64,000 nucleotides of DNA from contig CAWFQK010000004.1 of the NCBI GenBank assembly GCA_963817955.1, positions 224,001 to 288,000 of the forward strand, written 5' to 3'. Shown piece after piece: positions 21,179 through 29,832 of the stretch (positions are counted from its first letter, which is position 1; the number at the start of each line of letters is the position of its first letter). The DNA is from an uncultured Gemmatimonadaceae bacterium (GTDB lineage Bacteria; Gemmatimonadota; Gemmatimonadetes; Gemmatimonadales; Gemmatimonadaceae). Below the pieces are notes generated by a model. It saw only the letters and a program-made list of their open reading frames with translations, ran no database searches and had not been told where the DNA came from. Both the position numbers and the translations under genes were made by a program.

Positions 21179-22060
21179 GTTGCGATGTAGTCTCAGGATG
21201 TTGCGATGTGGTCTCAGGGAGTTGGGATGGCAACTCCGTGCGTTGTGATGCCGTCTCGGAGCGTTGGGGTGTCGCCTCAGCGAGTTGGAGTGGCGTCTCG
21301 GAGCGTTGGAGTGCCGTCTCGCCGAGTTGGAGTCCCATGTCGACGCGTCAGGGTTCCATCTCAACGCGTTGGGATCCCGTCTCAACGCGATGGAGTGCCA
21401 TCGCAACGCGTTCCGATTGCGTCTCGATGAACTAGGATTCCAGCTCGACGCGCTTGGGTGCCGCCTCTGCGAGTTGGAGTGCCGTCTCGCCGCGCTCAGC
21501 TTGTGCCTTGGCGCGTTGGAGTGCTCTCTCGCCGCACTCCGATTGTGTCTCGGGGAGTTGGAGTGCCGTCTCGACGCGTTGCGATCTCAGCTCGAGGCGC
21601 TCCGATTGCATCTCGGCATCGGGCACTGCCGTCTCTGCACGGGCGGGTGTCGTCTCGCGGCGATGCGATGCCTGCTCTGCACGCGAGGATCCTGGCTCAA
21701 CCCGCAGGGATCCTCGCTCGCTACGTTGCGATTCCGTCTACATCCGCAACGATCCTTGCTCGGCCCGTTGGGATTCCGTCTCGGCTCGCAACGATCCTTG
21801 CTCGGTCCGTTGGGATTCCGTCTCGGCTCGCAACGATCCTTGCTCGATCCGTTGGGATTCCGTCTCGGCTCGCAACGATCCCTGCTCGGTCCGTTGGGAT
21901 TCCGTCTGGGCCCGCAACGATCCTTGCTCGATCCGTTGCGATCCTATCTGGGCACGCGACGATCCCTTCTTGGCGCGTTGCAATACCATCTCGCGGCGTT
22001 GCGATGCTCGCTCGGCGCGATCGAATTCCATCTCGGCGCGATCGAATTCCATCTCGGCAC
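21179..22060. repeat. Array of 42 degenerate 21-nt units, consensus approximately GTTGGGATNCCGTCTCGGCGC
   Basis: Parsed by hand. A unit starts every 21 nt from 21179 to 22040 with no indel. T at position 8 in 42/42 units; C14 and T15 each in 41/42. Confidence 0.95.
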
Positions 22061-22165
22061 GATCGATCCCGTCTCGGCCCATTCGCATTCGATCATGCCA
22101 CGATCGATCCCGTCTCGACCCATTCGCATTCGATGCGTGGCACGATCGATCCCGTCTCGCCGCCC
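22061..22165. repeat. Terminal 41/42-nt repeat (about 2.5 copies) capping the array
   Basis: GATCGATCCCGTCTCG.CCCATTCGCATTCGAT... at 22061 and 22102, partial copy at 22144. Confidence 0.85.
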
Positions 22166-22339
22166 GATCGTCCCGCGATGATCGTAGTCCTATATATTAG
22201 TTCCGAAAACGGGGGGTCAGCGCAAGGGCCAATATGACCGATTGGCCAAAACCGACATGTTTTGAGCGTTTCGGCGTTAGTACTAGTAAATAGATACGTC
22301 AGTCGCGTGTCCCGTGTCACCGAGACTTCGAGAAAGTCG

Positions 22340-22792
22340 CTAGACGCCTTTCTCTTCGAGTAGCGCGAGGAATTCCTTCGGATCGTTGAGCGCGAGGAGC
22401 CGCGTCGGAACGTCGGATTCCTTGCTGAACTGCGCGATCTTTCCAAGCACCGGCAGATACTGGTTAGAGACCTCGAGCGGCGGCGCGACGATGAGGAAGA
22501 AGAAGTGGACCGGCTTCTCATCGATCGCCTTGAAGTCCACGCCGTCTTTCTTGCGGCCGAACGCAACGCGCAGCTTGTTGACGACGAGCGACCGGCAGTG
22601 AGGAATGGCGATTCCCCGACCGATGCCGGTAGAACCGAGGTTTTCGCGACGCTTGAGCATCTTGAACAGCATGCCCTCTGACTTCTCGTCGAGCTTGAGC
22701 AGCCCAATGAGCTCGCGCAGGATCTCGTCTTTGGAGGTGCCCGTCAGGTCGAGCTTGATTGCGTCTTCGCTGAAGAACTCGCGCAGTTCCAT
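22340..22792 (-). CDS. PTS IIA (fructose/mannitol/Ntr-type) component
   Basis: RRENLGSTGIGRGIAIPHCR phospho-His motif and GVDFKAIDEKPV. Confidence 0.93.
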   Translation of the reverse strand: MELREFFSEDAIKLDLTGTSKDEILRELIGLLKLDEKSEGMLFKMLKRRENLGSTGIGRGIAIPHCRSLVVNKLRVAFGRKKDGVDFKAIDEKPVHFFFLIVAPPLEVSNQYLPVLGKIAQFSKESDVPTRLLALNDPKEFLALLEEKGV

Positions 22793-22909
22793 CCGTTGAC
22801 TCGTCTAAGGACGTCTTATCATCGTGTGAACGTGCGAAGTTATCCGGTGCTGGAACGTGTGTCAAATGCTGATGTTGCTTCGACTTCCGCGCTGTCTTAA
22901 CTTCAACGA

Positions 22910-23947
22910 ATGAAACGGTTTCCGTTCGCGCTGTCCGTGGATGTGCCTCTGTACCTCGCGCCCATGGCCGGGATATCGGAGTCACCATTCCGCCGGCTCT
23001 GCCGCCTGAATGGCGCGGACGTAGTCGTGACGGAGTTCCTCTCTGCCGAAGGTATACGGCGAGAGAACGAAGCCACCATCAGGAAGCTGCGCTTTGGCAC
23101 TGAGGAGCGTCCAATCGGCGTGCAGATCTTCGGCGCGGACGCCGCCGCCATGGGCGAAGCAGCGGCGTTTGTCACCGATGTCTTTGCGCCGGAGTTCATC
23201 GACATCAACTTCGGCTGCCCGGTCAAGAAGGTCGTCAGGCGGAACGGCGGCTCGGGCTGTCTCAAGGATCTGGACGGCGTTCAGGATATCATCCGCGCTG
23301 TCGTGCGCAGCACGCACCTGCCGGTCACCGTGAAGACACGCAGCGGATGGAGCGAGGAAACGCGCGATCCCGTCGGCATCGCGCTCCGCATGCAGGATGC
23401 CGGGGCACGCGCCTTTACGCTGCACGCCCGCACACGGACGCAGATGTACACTGGTGCGGCACGCTGGGAAGAGATCGCCGCCGTCGTGGAGGCGCTCGAC
23501 GTGCCAGTGCTCGGCAATGGTGACATCAAGACGGCGGACGACGCTCTACGCATGCAGCGCATGACGAATTGCGCCGGCATCATGATCGGACGCGGCGCAT
23601 TCGGTCAGCCCTGGATCTTCGACCAAGCGCGCGATCTGCTCAGCGGCCGACCCATGCGCCCCGCGCCGGCCGTTGAAGAGCGGTTCGCAATTGCGCTCAC
23701 GCACGCGAAGATGGCTCACGAGTACGAGCCGGACCGCCAGGGCGCCGCCCTCGAGTTCCGTAAGCATTTGGGGTGGTATTGCAAGGGACTGCCGGGCTCG
23801 GCGGACCTGCGCAAGAAGCTGCATGCCGTGAATTCACTCGGTGAAGTTGAGGGCATCTTTGCGACGTACCTCGAGATCGGCGATCGCTCCGTGGCAGCGG
23901 GCGGAGCCGACGCCGAATCGGACGCGCTCCAGACCTCCGCAGTATGA
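22910..23947 (+). CDS. dusB: tRNA-dihydrouridine synthase (DusB family)
   Basis: LAPMAG, DINFGCP, LHARTR, GNGDI and MIGRG motifs. Confidence 0.93.
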   Translation: MKRFPFALSVDVPLYLAPMAGISESPFRRLCRLNGADVVVTEFLSAEGIRRENEATIRKLRFGTEERPIGVQIFGADAAAMGEAAAFVTDVFAPEFIDINFGCPVKKVVRRNGGSGCLKDLDGVQDIIRAVVRSTHLPVTVKTRSGWSEETRDPVGIALRMQDAGARAFTLHARTRTQMYTGAARWEEIAAVVEALDVPVLGNGDIKTADDALRMQRMTNCAGIMIGRGAFGQPWIFDQARDLLSGRPMRPAPAVEERFAIALTHAKMAHEYEPDRQGAALEFRKHLGWYCKGLPGSADLRKKLHAVNSLGEVEGIFATYLEIGDRSVAAGGADAESDALQTSAV

Positions 23948-24693
23948 GGCGCGAGCTCGTTCGCGATCTGTTGCAGCAGGTCGCGAATGGCGACGTCGAC
24001 GTCCACGACGCACTCGAGACGCTCGCATTCGAGCCCGTTGAGTCGCTGGCGTTCGCCACCATCGATCACCATCGCGCGCTCCGGCAGGGATTTCCAGAAG
24101 TCATATATGGCGCGGGAAAGACGCCCGCCCAGATTGGCGCGATCGCGCAGCGCCTTGCCGCGTGCGGCGACGGGTTCCTCGCGACACGACTTGCCCCGGA
24201 GGCCGCCGAGCACCTGCGCACCACCGTCCCGGGAGTCGAGTTGAACGACGTGGCGCGCACCGCGCACTTGCGAGGCCGGGTGCCGCCATCGGTTGCGGAA
24301 GGCACCGTCACCATCGTTACCGCCGGCACGAGTGATCTGCCGGTTGCCGAAGAAGCCGCGGTCACACTCGATGTTCTCGGCAATTGCGTGGCGTGGATCA
24401 CAGACGTTGGTGTGGCGGGTATCCATCGTGTGCTCGCGCGACGGAACGAACTCGCATCGGCGGCGGTCGTCATTGTGATCGCGGGAATGGACGGAGCGCT
24501 GCCATCGGTGGTAGGCGGCCTAGTCCGCTCACCAGTGATCGCGGTACCGACCAGTGTGGGCTACGGAGCGTCCTTTCAGGGCATCGCACCGTTGCTCACC
24601 ATGCTGAATAGTTGCGCGGCGGGTATCACCGTCGTGAATATCGATAATGGCTTTGGGGCGGCGGTGGCCGCGTCCCGCATCACGCATCGGTAG
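23944..24693 (+). CDS. larB: Nickel-pincer cofactor biosynthesis protein LarB (PurE-like fold)
   Basis: GFPEVIYG, AGTSDLPVAEEA, DVGVAGIHR, AGMDGALPSVV, PTSVGYG, MLNSCA and VVNIDNGFGA motifs. Confidence 0.92.
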   Translation: MRRELVRDLLQQVANGDVDVHDALETLAFEPVESLAFATIDHHRALRQGFPEVIYGAGKTPAQIGAIAQRLAACGDGFLATRLAPEAAEHLRTTVPGVELNDVARTAHLRGRVPPSVAEGTVTIVTAGTSDLPVAEEAAVTLDVLGNCVAWITDVGVAGIHRVLARRNELASAAVVIVIAGMDGALPSVVGGLVRSPVIAVPTSVGYGASFQGIAPLLTMLNSCAAGITVVNIDNGFGAAVAASRITHR

Positions 24694-24738
24694 CGACGGA
24701 TCTCTACCCGGACGCATCATGCGTCCGCAAACAGGGTC

Positions 24739-26424
24739 TTGATGGTCGCGTCCACATTGCGCATCCTGCACGTGCTCGCTTCATGGTCCGTGCCCGCAGG
24801 GATTGGCGGGCTCGCCACGCTCGCCGCACTCGCTTGGTTGCGGCGATACGCCTCGCAGGCGGGCTCCCAGACGCTCACACGCGTCGCCACGCACCTGGCA
24901 TCGGGCTCGACGGCCAAGCGGACGCCCGCCAAGTCCACGGCGCTGCAGCGCGATATCCAGGAGGTGTTCGAGATCAACGAGGCAACCTATGACCTCGAGA
25001 TGCTCGACCGTCTGCTGCGCGACGTACGCGACCTGTCGAGGGCCGACGAGGCGATCTTCTGGCGATGGGTAGAGACGCGGCAGACGCTCGTGCCGAATGC
25101 TTGGTCCACCGCCGGCGAGCCGCGACCGGCGCATTTTGACATGCGCGCGTGGAGCCCGCTCGTGCGCTGGTGCGCCGAGCAGGGCACCGTACAGTTTGCC
25201 GGCAACGCCGATGCGCCGCCGCTGCTCGCCGCCGCACGTGTCGTATGCGGGTCACAGATGTACGGCGTGCTCACCGTGACGGCGGCCTCCGGGCTACGCC
25301 TCGATCGCGAGGCGGCCCGCTCATGGATGCCGCGGTTCGCGGCGCAGGTCGCAAACCTAGTACAACTATTCGAGATCCGGCGTGAGTACGGAAGGCACAT
25401 GCGGCACAGCGAAGCCCTGCTCGACGCCGTGCGGCGCCTTCATGGACATCGCAACGCCGAAGCGTTGGCGCAGGCACTATGCGACACTGCTCGGGATGTG
25501 ACATCCGCGTCGGTCGCGGGGGTCGTGCGCTGGAATGCAGTCGACCAGCACGGAGTGCTGCAGGCACTTTCGCCCAGCCTCGACATCGAAGCGGGCTTCC
25601 ATGTTACGGCCGACTCGATCGTCGGGAAGGCATGCACCGCGAAGTTGCCGATCGTGCTGAATGACGCACGCTCCGCAGTCGTTGAAAGCTGCCCGTACGG
25701 CGGCTTTCCGCGCACCATTGGTTCACTAGCCGTCGTGCCCGTCCGGACCGGCGATACGGTGATCGGCGCGATTGTCGTCGAGGGCAACGACCCGGGAGAC
25801 GTTTCGCAACATGAAGCCCGGAACGTCGGATTACTCGCCGCCGTGGTGCGGGGACCACTCGAGATCGTTTGGGAGATCGAAGAGGTGAGTCGTAGCGCCC
25901 GCACCGATTCGCTCACTCGATTGGCCAACCGACGACACTTTGACGAACAGCTCGCGCGTGTCATTGCCGAAACAGACAGGTTCGGCGGAACCTGTTCGCT
26001 CATCTTCGTGGATCTCGATCATTTCAAGGCGGTGAACGACCGCTACGGTCATGAGGCAGGTGACGCCGTGCTCCGGGATGCAGCGCAGATGCTCTCGCAG
26101 GCCGTGCGCACGGTGGATCTCTGCGCGCGATATGGAGGAGAGGAGATCGCGATTCTGCTGCCTCAGACATCCCAGGAGGGAGCGGTCGAGCTTGCCGAAC
26201 GGCTGCGCATCGTACTCGAATCGAGACGCGTCAAGCAGGGCGACGAGGCGATCTGTATCACGGCGTCGTTCGGTGTCGCGACGTATCCGGACCCTGTGCC
26301 GTACGGCGATCGGTTGGTGCCCGCAGCCGACAAAGCACTGTACGAAGCGAAGGCCGCTGGGAGAAATTGCGTGAGGGTGATTCAGGCAAAGCACGTCACG
26401 TCAGCGTCTTACAAGAGTCGCTGA
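24739..26424 (+). CDS. GAF-GGDEF diguanylate cyclase
   Basis: N-terminal hydrophobic segment, GAF-like regions, DLDHFKAVNDRYGH, RxxD I-site (RTVD) and GGEEI active site. Confidence 0.9.
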   Translation: MMVASTLRILHVLASWSVPAGIGGLATLAALAWLRRYASQAGSQTLTRVATHLASGSTAKRTPAKSTALQRDIQEVFEINEATYDLEMLDRLLRDVRDLSRADEAIFWRWVETRQTLVPNAWSTAGEPRPAHFDMRAWSPLVRWCAEQGTVQFAGNADAPPLLAAARVVCGSQMYGVLTVTAASGLRLDREAARSWMPRFAAQVANLVQLFEIRREYGRHMRHSEALLDAVRRLHGHRNAEALAQALCDTARDVTSASVAGVVRWNAVDQHGVLQALSPSLDIEAGFHVTADSIVGKACTAKLPIVLNDARSAVVESCPYGGFPRTIGSLAVVPVRTGDTVIGAIVVEGNDPGDVSQHEARNVGLLAAVVRGPLEIVWEIEEVSRSARTDSLTRLANRRHFDEQLARVIAETDRFGGTCSLIFVDLDHFKAVNDRYGHEAGDAVLRDAAQMLSQAVRTVDLCARYGGEEIAILLPQTSQEGAVELAERLRIVLESRRVKQGDEAICITASFGVATYPDPVPYGDRLVPAADKALYEAKAAGRNCVRVIQAKHVTSASYKSR

Positions 26425-26447
26425 AGAGCCCGGAGCGTTAACACGGG

Positions 26448-26475
26448 TTGATTCCCGGTCCGAACTGACTAGACT
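26448..26475 (+). promoter_or_regulatory. Putative sigma70 promoter of ssrA
   Basis: TTGATT-16 nt-TAGACT, ending 9 nt before the mature 5' end. Confidence 0.55.
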
Positions 26476-26484
26476 TGAGGCTAC

Positions 26485-26843
26485 GGGGGCGACTGGCTTC
26501 GACGGGGTAAGTGAAGCTGTGGCTGCGTGCCCAGGTCGTCGGGAACCTGGTAAAACACTCGACAAAAACCCAACTGCGAACAACAACTTCGCCCTTGCTG
26601 CGTAACTTTTAGTTCCGCGTGCGAGTGCCTAGAGGGAAGCCCGCCCGGGGCGGCTTTCTAGGTATCGGAAATCCGGGATAGCTGGCACGATCGCCCTCGA
26701 CGGGCCGGCGAGATCAAGAGGGCTTATTCGCGCGTGGGTCGTCTGCCAACCAGCGCGCGGAGACATCTAACGGCGGACTACGCACGTAGTGGCTGTGGTC
26801 GATCTATTCTCGGACCCGGGTTCAATTCCCGGCGCCTCCATCA
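26485..26843 (+). ncRNA. ssrA: tmRNA; tag peptide (A)ANNNFALAA encoded at 26576-26605
   Basis: 5' GGGGGCGACTGGCTTCGAC, 3' T-arm CCGGGTTCAATTCCCGG then CGCCTCCA, internal tag frame ending ALAA-TAA. Confidence 0.97.
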
Positions 26844-26845
26844 CC

Positions 26846-26886
26846 AACCAAAACGCCGCCGGCATGATGCCGGCGGCGTTTTGGTT
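26846..26886. terminator. Bidirectional intrinsic terminator between ssrA and the convergent gene
   Basis: 20-bp perfect inverted repeat AACCAAAACGCCGCCGGCAT-G-ATGCCGGCGGCGTTTTGGTT. Confidence 0.88.
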
Positions 26887-26912
26887 TGCAGGACATTGGG
26901 CGAGACGGCCTC

Positions 26913-27926
26913 TCACGGACTCTCTGTGCCCCGCGGCGCACTCAATTCCAAACCTCGGTCTTCCGCGCGGACAGCCTTCTTCCTCTTGAATATGAACTCC
27001 GGTGCCAGCACAACGCCAAGCAGCGTGACCGGAATGATTTGCTGCGCCTGGATGAGAAAGGCCACGGCGATTGCCTGATCCTTGTCCATACCAAATGCCA
27101 CGGCGGCGAGGGCGTACATCCCTTGGAAAACACCGACGTTGCCGGGAGTGGGACGGGCGGCAAACGAGATGTTGACGAGGAGAATCGCCGCGACGGTGCC
27201 GACGAGCGTGATGTTGAAGTTGGCCGCCCGTGCAGTCAGGCTGTAGGTCCACACCTGCAACGCCCAGATGCCCACGGAGAGCAAGAGCGCAATCGCGAAA
27301 CGCGGGCCGGTGGATATGCCGCCGATGGTGTGAACGAAGTGCTTCATGTACGCCGCGAAACGGCCGCGCCATGCCGTCGCTGGCGCTGCTGCGACGATCT
27401 CCTTTTCGGGACGCCGCACGAGATACACCATCAGCACCGCGACGCCCACCAAGGCGAGCCAGGCAATCGGTCGCGTGCGAACCAGCATGGGAGGTAGCTC
27501 GAGGAACGACACGGACAAGGCGAGCAAGACGATATAGCCGATCAACTCGAACAGACGCTCCAGCGCGAGCGTTGCCAATACCTTGGCGCTCTGAACGTGC
27601 GCGGCGCGCGACACGAAGACGACGCGCGCCGCCTCACCGCCGTTCGCAACAAGAACGTTGTTCAGTCCCGCGCCCGCGACCGTTGCCTTCAGTGCCATCC
27701 GGAGCGAGTTCGCGCCAACCGGGCGGAGAAAAACCCACCACCGCACACCTTTGAGCGCCAGCGAAAGCAGGTTGACGACCGCTGCCGCCAGGAGCACATC
27801 CATGTCGGCGCCGCTGATGCTCGCCCACGTTGTACCCCAGTTCACTTTTCGCGCGAACACGACGAGCGCCGCAATGATCACGGCACTGAAGCCGATACGG
27901 ATGATGCGCGAGCCGGCTTTCTTCAT
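26913..27926 (-). CDS. LPG_synthase_TM (MprF/AglD2-like) flippase-family membrane protein
   Basis: Multi-pass hydrophobic protein with RWWVFL, GGEAARV, ERLFE and PTPGNVG motifs. ATGA overlap with the upstream gene. Confidence 0.85.
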   Translation of the reverse strand: MKKAGSRIIRIGFSAVIIAALVVFARKVNWGTTWASISGADMDVLLAAAVVNLLSLALKGVRWWVFLRPVGANSLRMALKATVAGAGLNNVLVANGGEAARVVFVSRAAHVQSAKVLATLALERLFELIGYIVLLALSVSFLELPPMLVRTRPIAWLALVGVAVLMVYLVRRPEKEIVAAAPATAWRGRFAAYMKHFVHTIGGISTGPRFAIALLLSVGIWALQVWTYSLTARAANFNITLVGTVAAILLVNISFAARPTPGNVGVFQGMYALAAVAFGMDKDQAIAVAFLIQAQQIIPVTLLGVVLAPEFIFKRKKAVRAEDRGLELSAPRGTESP

Positions 27927-28615
27927 GCGGCGTCGAGGAGGTCGAAGCGGTAGCCCAGGCTCAGCAGTCGATCGACGATGAGCGGGACCGCCTGTGCCGT
28001 CTGCATCCGATCGCCGTCCGGATCGTACCCGTCGCCGTCGTGGAGCAGGAGGATCGATCCTGGGCGAACACCGGCCACGGTTCGTTGAACGATCGCGTCC
28101 ACGCCAGGCTTGTCCGTGTCCCAGACGCCAAGCGACCATCCAACTGTTCGCTGCCCCAGTGACCGGGCAATGGGGGTGACCCATGGGCTGCGGAAACCAT
28201 GCGGCGCGCGAAAGAGCCGCGGATGCACACCCGCCGCCTTTTCGATCGCCCGTGTGCCGAGAGTGAGATCCGTGCGCACGTAGGTGGGCGACTTGAAGTG
28301 CAGCTTTCGGTGGAAGTAGCCGTGATTGCCGATTGCGTGCCCTTCGTCGGCCACGCGTTTGGCGAGGTCAGGCCATCGCTCGGCATACCGACCTAGGATG
28401 AAGAACGTCGCCTTCACCCCGCGCGCGTTGAGCGCGTCGAGTATCACGGGCGTGGCGTGCGGATTCGGGCCGTCGTCGAACGTCAGCGCGACGGCCCGAT
28501 CAGCGGCGGGCACTCCGGTGATCGTGGGGCCAAACAGGGGACTGTTGCGATGGAAGGCGCCGTGTGCGGCCGCCCCGCCGAGCAGGACGACGCCGGCGCC
28601 CAAGCCAAGGATCAT
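27923..28615 (-). CDS. CE4/NodB-type polysaccharide deacetylase
   Basis: ALTFDDGP, NHGYFH, FRAPHG and ILLLHD motifs. Hydrophobic N-terminus. Confidence 0.92.
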   Translation of the reverse strand: MILGLGAGVVLLGGAAAHGAFHRNSPLFGPTITGVPAADRAVALTFDDGPNPHATPVILDALNARGVKATFFILGRYAERWPDLAKRVADEGHAIGNHGYFHRKLHFKSPTYVRTDLTLGTRAIEKAAGVHPRLFRAPHGFRSPWVTPIARSLGQRTVGWSLGVWDTDKPGVDAIVQRTVAGVRPGSILLLHDGDGYDPDGDRMQTAQAVPLIVDRLLSLGYRFDLLDAA

Positions 28616-29832
28616 ACTCCGACGGCGACGCGACCGAGAACGTCCTGATACACGTCGATCACGCGAGCCGTGACACGCGCCCACGAGTATTCGAGCGAAT
28701 TCTGGCGCCCGGTGGTGCCGAGCTGGATGGCGAGCCCCTCGTCGTCCAGTACACGCACGAGCGAATCAGCAAGCGCTTCGCGGTTGCCGCACGGGACCAT
28801 CAACGCCTCGCGCCCATCGACGACGACGTCTCGGAACCCGAGGATGTCCGAACAGACCACCGGTGTTTCGCATGCCATGGACTCGAGGAGCGTAATGCCG
28901 AACGATGCTTTCGTGGTGGGGCAAGCGTACACGGAGCTGTGCGCATAATAGCTCGGCCGACCCTCGAGGATCGCACCGACGAACACGATGTCCTTGTCGC
29001 CGTTCGCCTGCTTGTAGTAATGCTCGCGGAGCGGGCCGTCACCGACAACCACAAGTCTCGCTTGGCGGCCTCGGTTGCCCCGTCCCTTGACCTTGCGAAA
29101 CGAATCGATGAGGGTGGTCAGTCCATTTCGTGGATCGAATCGGCCGAGGAAAAGCACTGTCGGAATATCCTTCGGCAGTCCCGGCGGCGGCGGAGCGTTC
29201 GGATTGAAGACGTCTGTGTCGATGCCGTTAGGAATGATCTGCCAATCGGCCTCGAAGTAGCGCTCCAGCGCGACGGTGGTGCTGTGCGAAACGGCCACGG
29301 CCGCGCTGAGCATGTCGAGGCGCTTCTGGAAGAAGCGTCGCCCCAGCCGGTAGCCAATGGAACGATCGAAATACGTATGGAACGTTCCGACGACGGGGCA
29401 GTCGGCCTCTTCGATGGCGAGGATGGGCAGAACTGGCGTCAGTGGCGAGTGCACGTGCACGATGTCGTACTTGCCGTCTCGAAGCACGCGGCGCATGTCA
29501 CGCCGAAGATTCCAGCCCATGGAGATGCGGGCCTGAGAGCCGTTGCAGTACACGGGCTGGCTGCGGCCCAGGTGGATGACGTGCGGCTGCTCCTCGGCGC
29601 CGGGAATATGGGACGTTATAACGTCCACATGGTGACCGCGACGGCGCGCCTCACGAGCAAAGAAATGCACGTGCTCGCAAACCCCGCCCAAGTGCGGGTA
29701 GTAATACTCGGTTACGAGAGCGATGCGGAGCGGCCTCTCGTCGTAGTCCAACGGCAGTGCCGGCAAGTTGGGCAGTGTCGGGTGACTACGACGTGCGCGC
29801 TTTGTCTGAAACCGAGGATTCAAGAGCGGCAT
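28612..29832 (-). CDS. GT4 glycosyltransferase (PimA-like)
   Basis: YYYPHLGGV, IVHVHSP, IIPNGID, FLGRFD and SFGITLLESMA motifs. Start uncertain because it overlaps the ppdK end. Confidence 0.9.
   Translation of the reverse strand: MPLLNPRFQTKRARRSHPTLPNLPALPLDYDERPLRIALVTEYYYPHLGGVCEHVHFFAREARRRGHHVDVITSHIPGAEEQPHVIHLGRSQPVYCNGSQARISMGWNLRRDMRRVLRDGKYDIVHVHSPLTPVLPILAIEEADCPVVGTFHTYFDRSIGYRLGRRFFQKRLDMLSAAVAVSHSTTVALERYFEADWQIIPNGIDTDVFNPNAPPPPGLPKDIPTVLFLGRFDPRNGLTTLIDSFRKVKGRGNRGRQARLVVVGDGPLREHYYKQANGDKDIVFVGAILEGRPSYYAHSSVYACPTTKASFGITLLESMACETPVVCSDILGFRDVVVDGREALMVPCGNREALADSLVRVLDDEGLAIQLGTTGRQNSLEYSWARVTARVIDVYQDVLGRVAVGV

Noticed and set aside
21084..21338. N-terminal extension of the orphan from ATG 21338 as in the ORF track
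   Set aside because: It runs through the repeat array with no SD, whereas ATG 21083 has GGGAGG. Kept only as an alternative hypothesis.
21179..22165. CRISPR array or other repeat-spacer guide array
   Set aside because: No constant repeat alternating with unique spacers. Units are 21 nt, degenerate along their length and contiguous. No cas or recognisable effector gene in the window.
20253..22165. Diversity-generating retroelement or retron
   Set aside because: No reverse transcriptase and no template/variable repeat pair differing at adenines.
26734..27078. ORFs overlapping the tmRNA 3' end
   Set aside because: They overlap ssrA, its terminator and the convergent membrane gene, and show no protein features.
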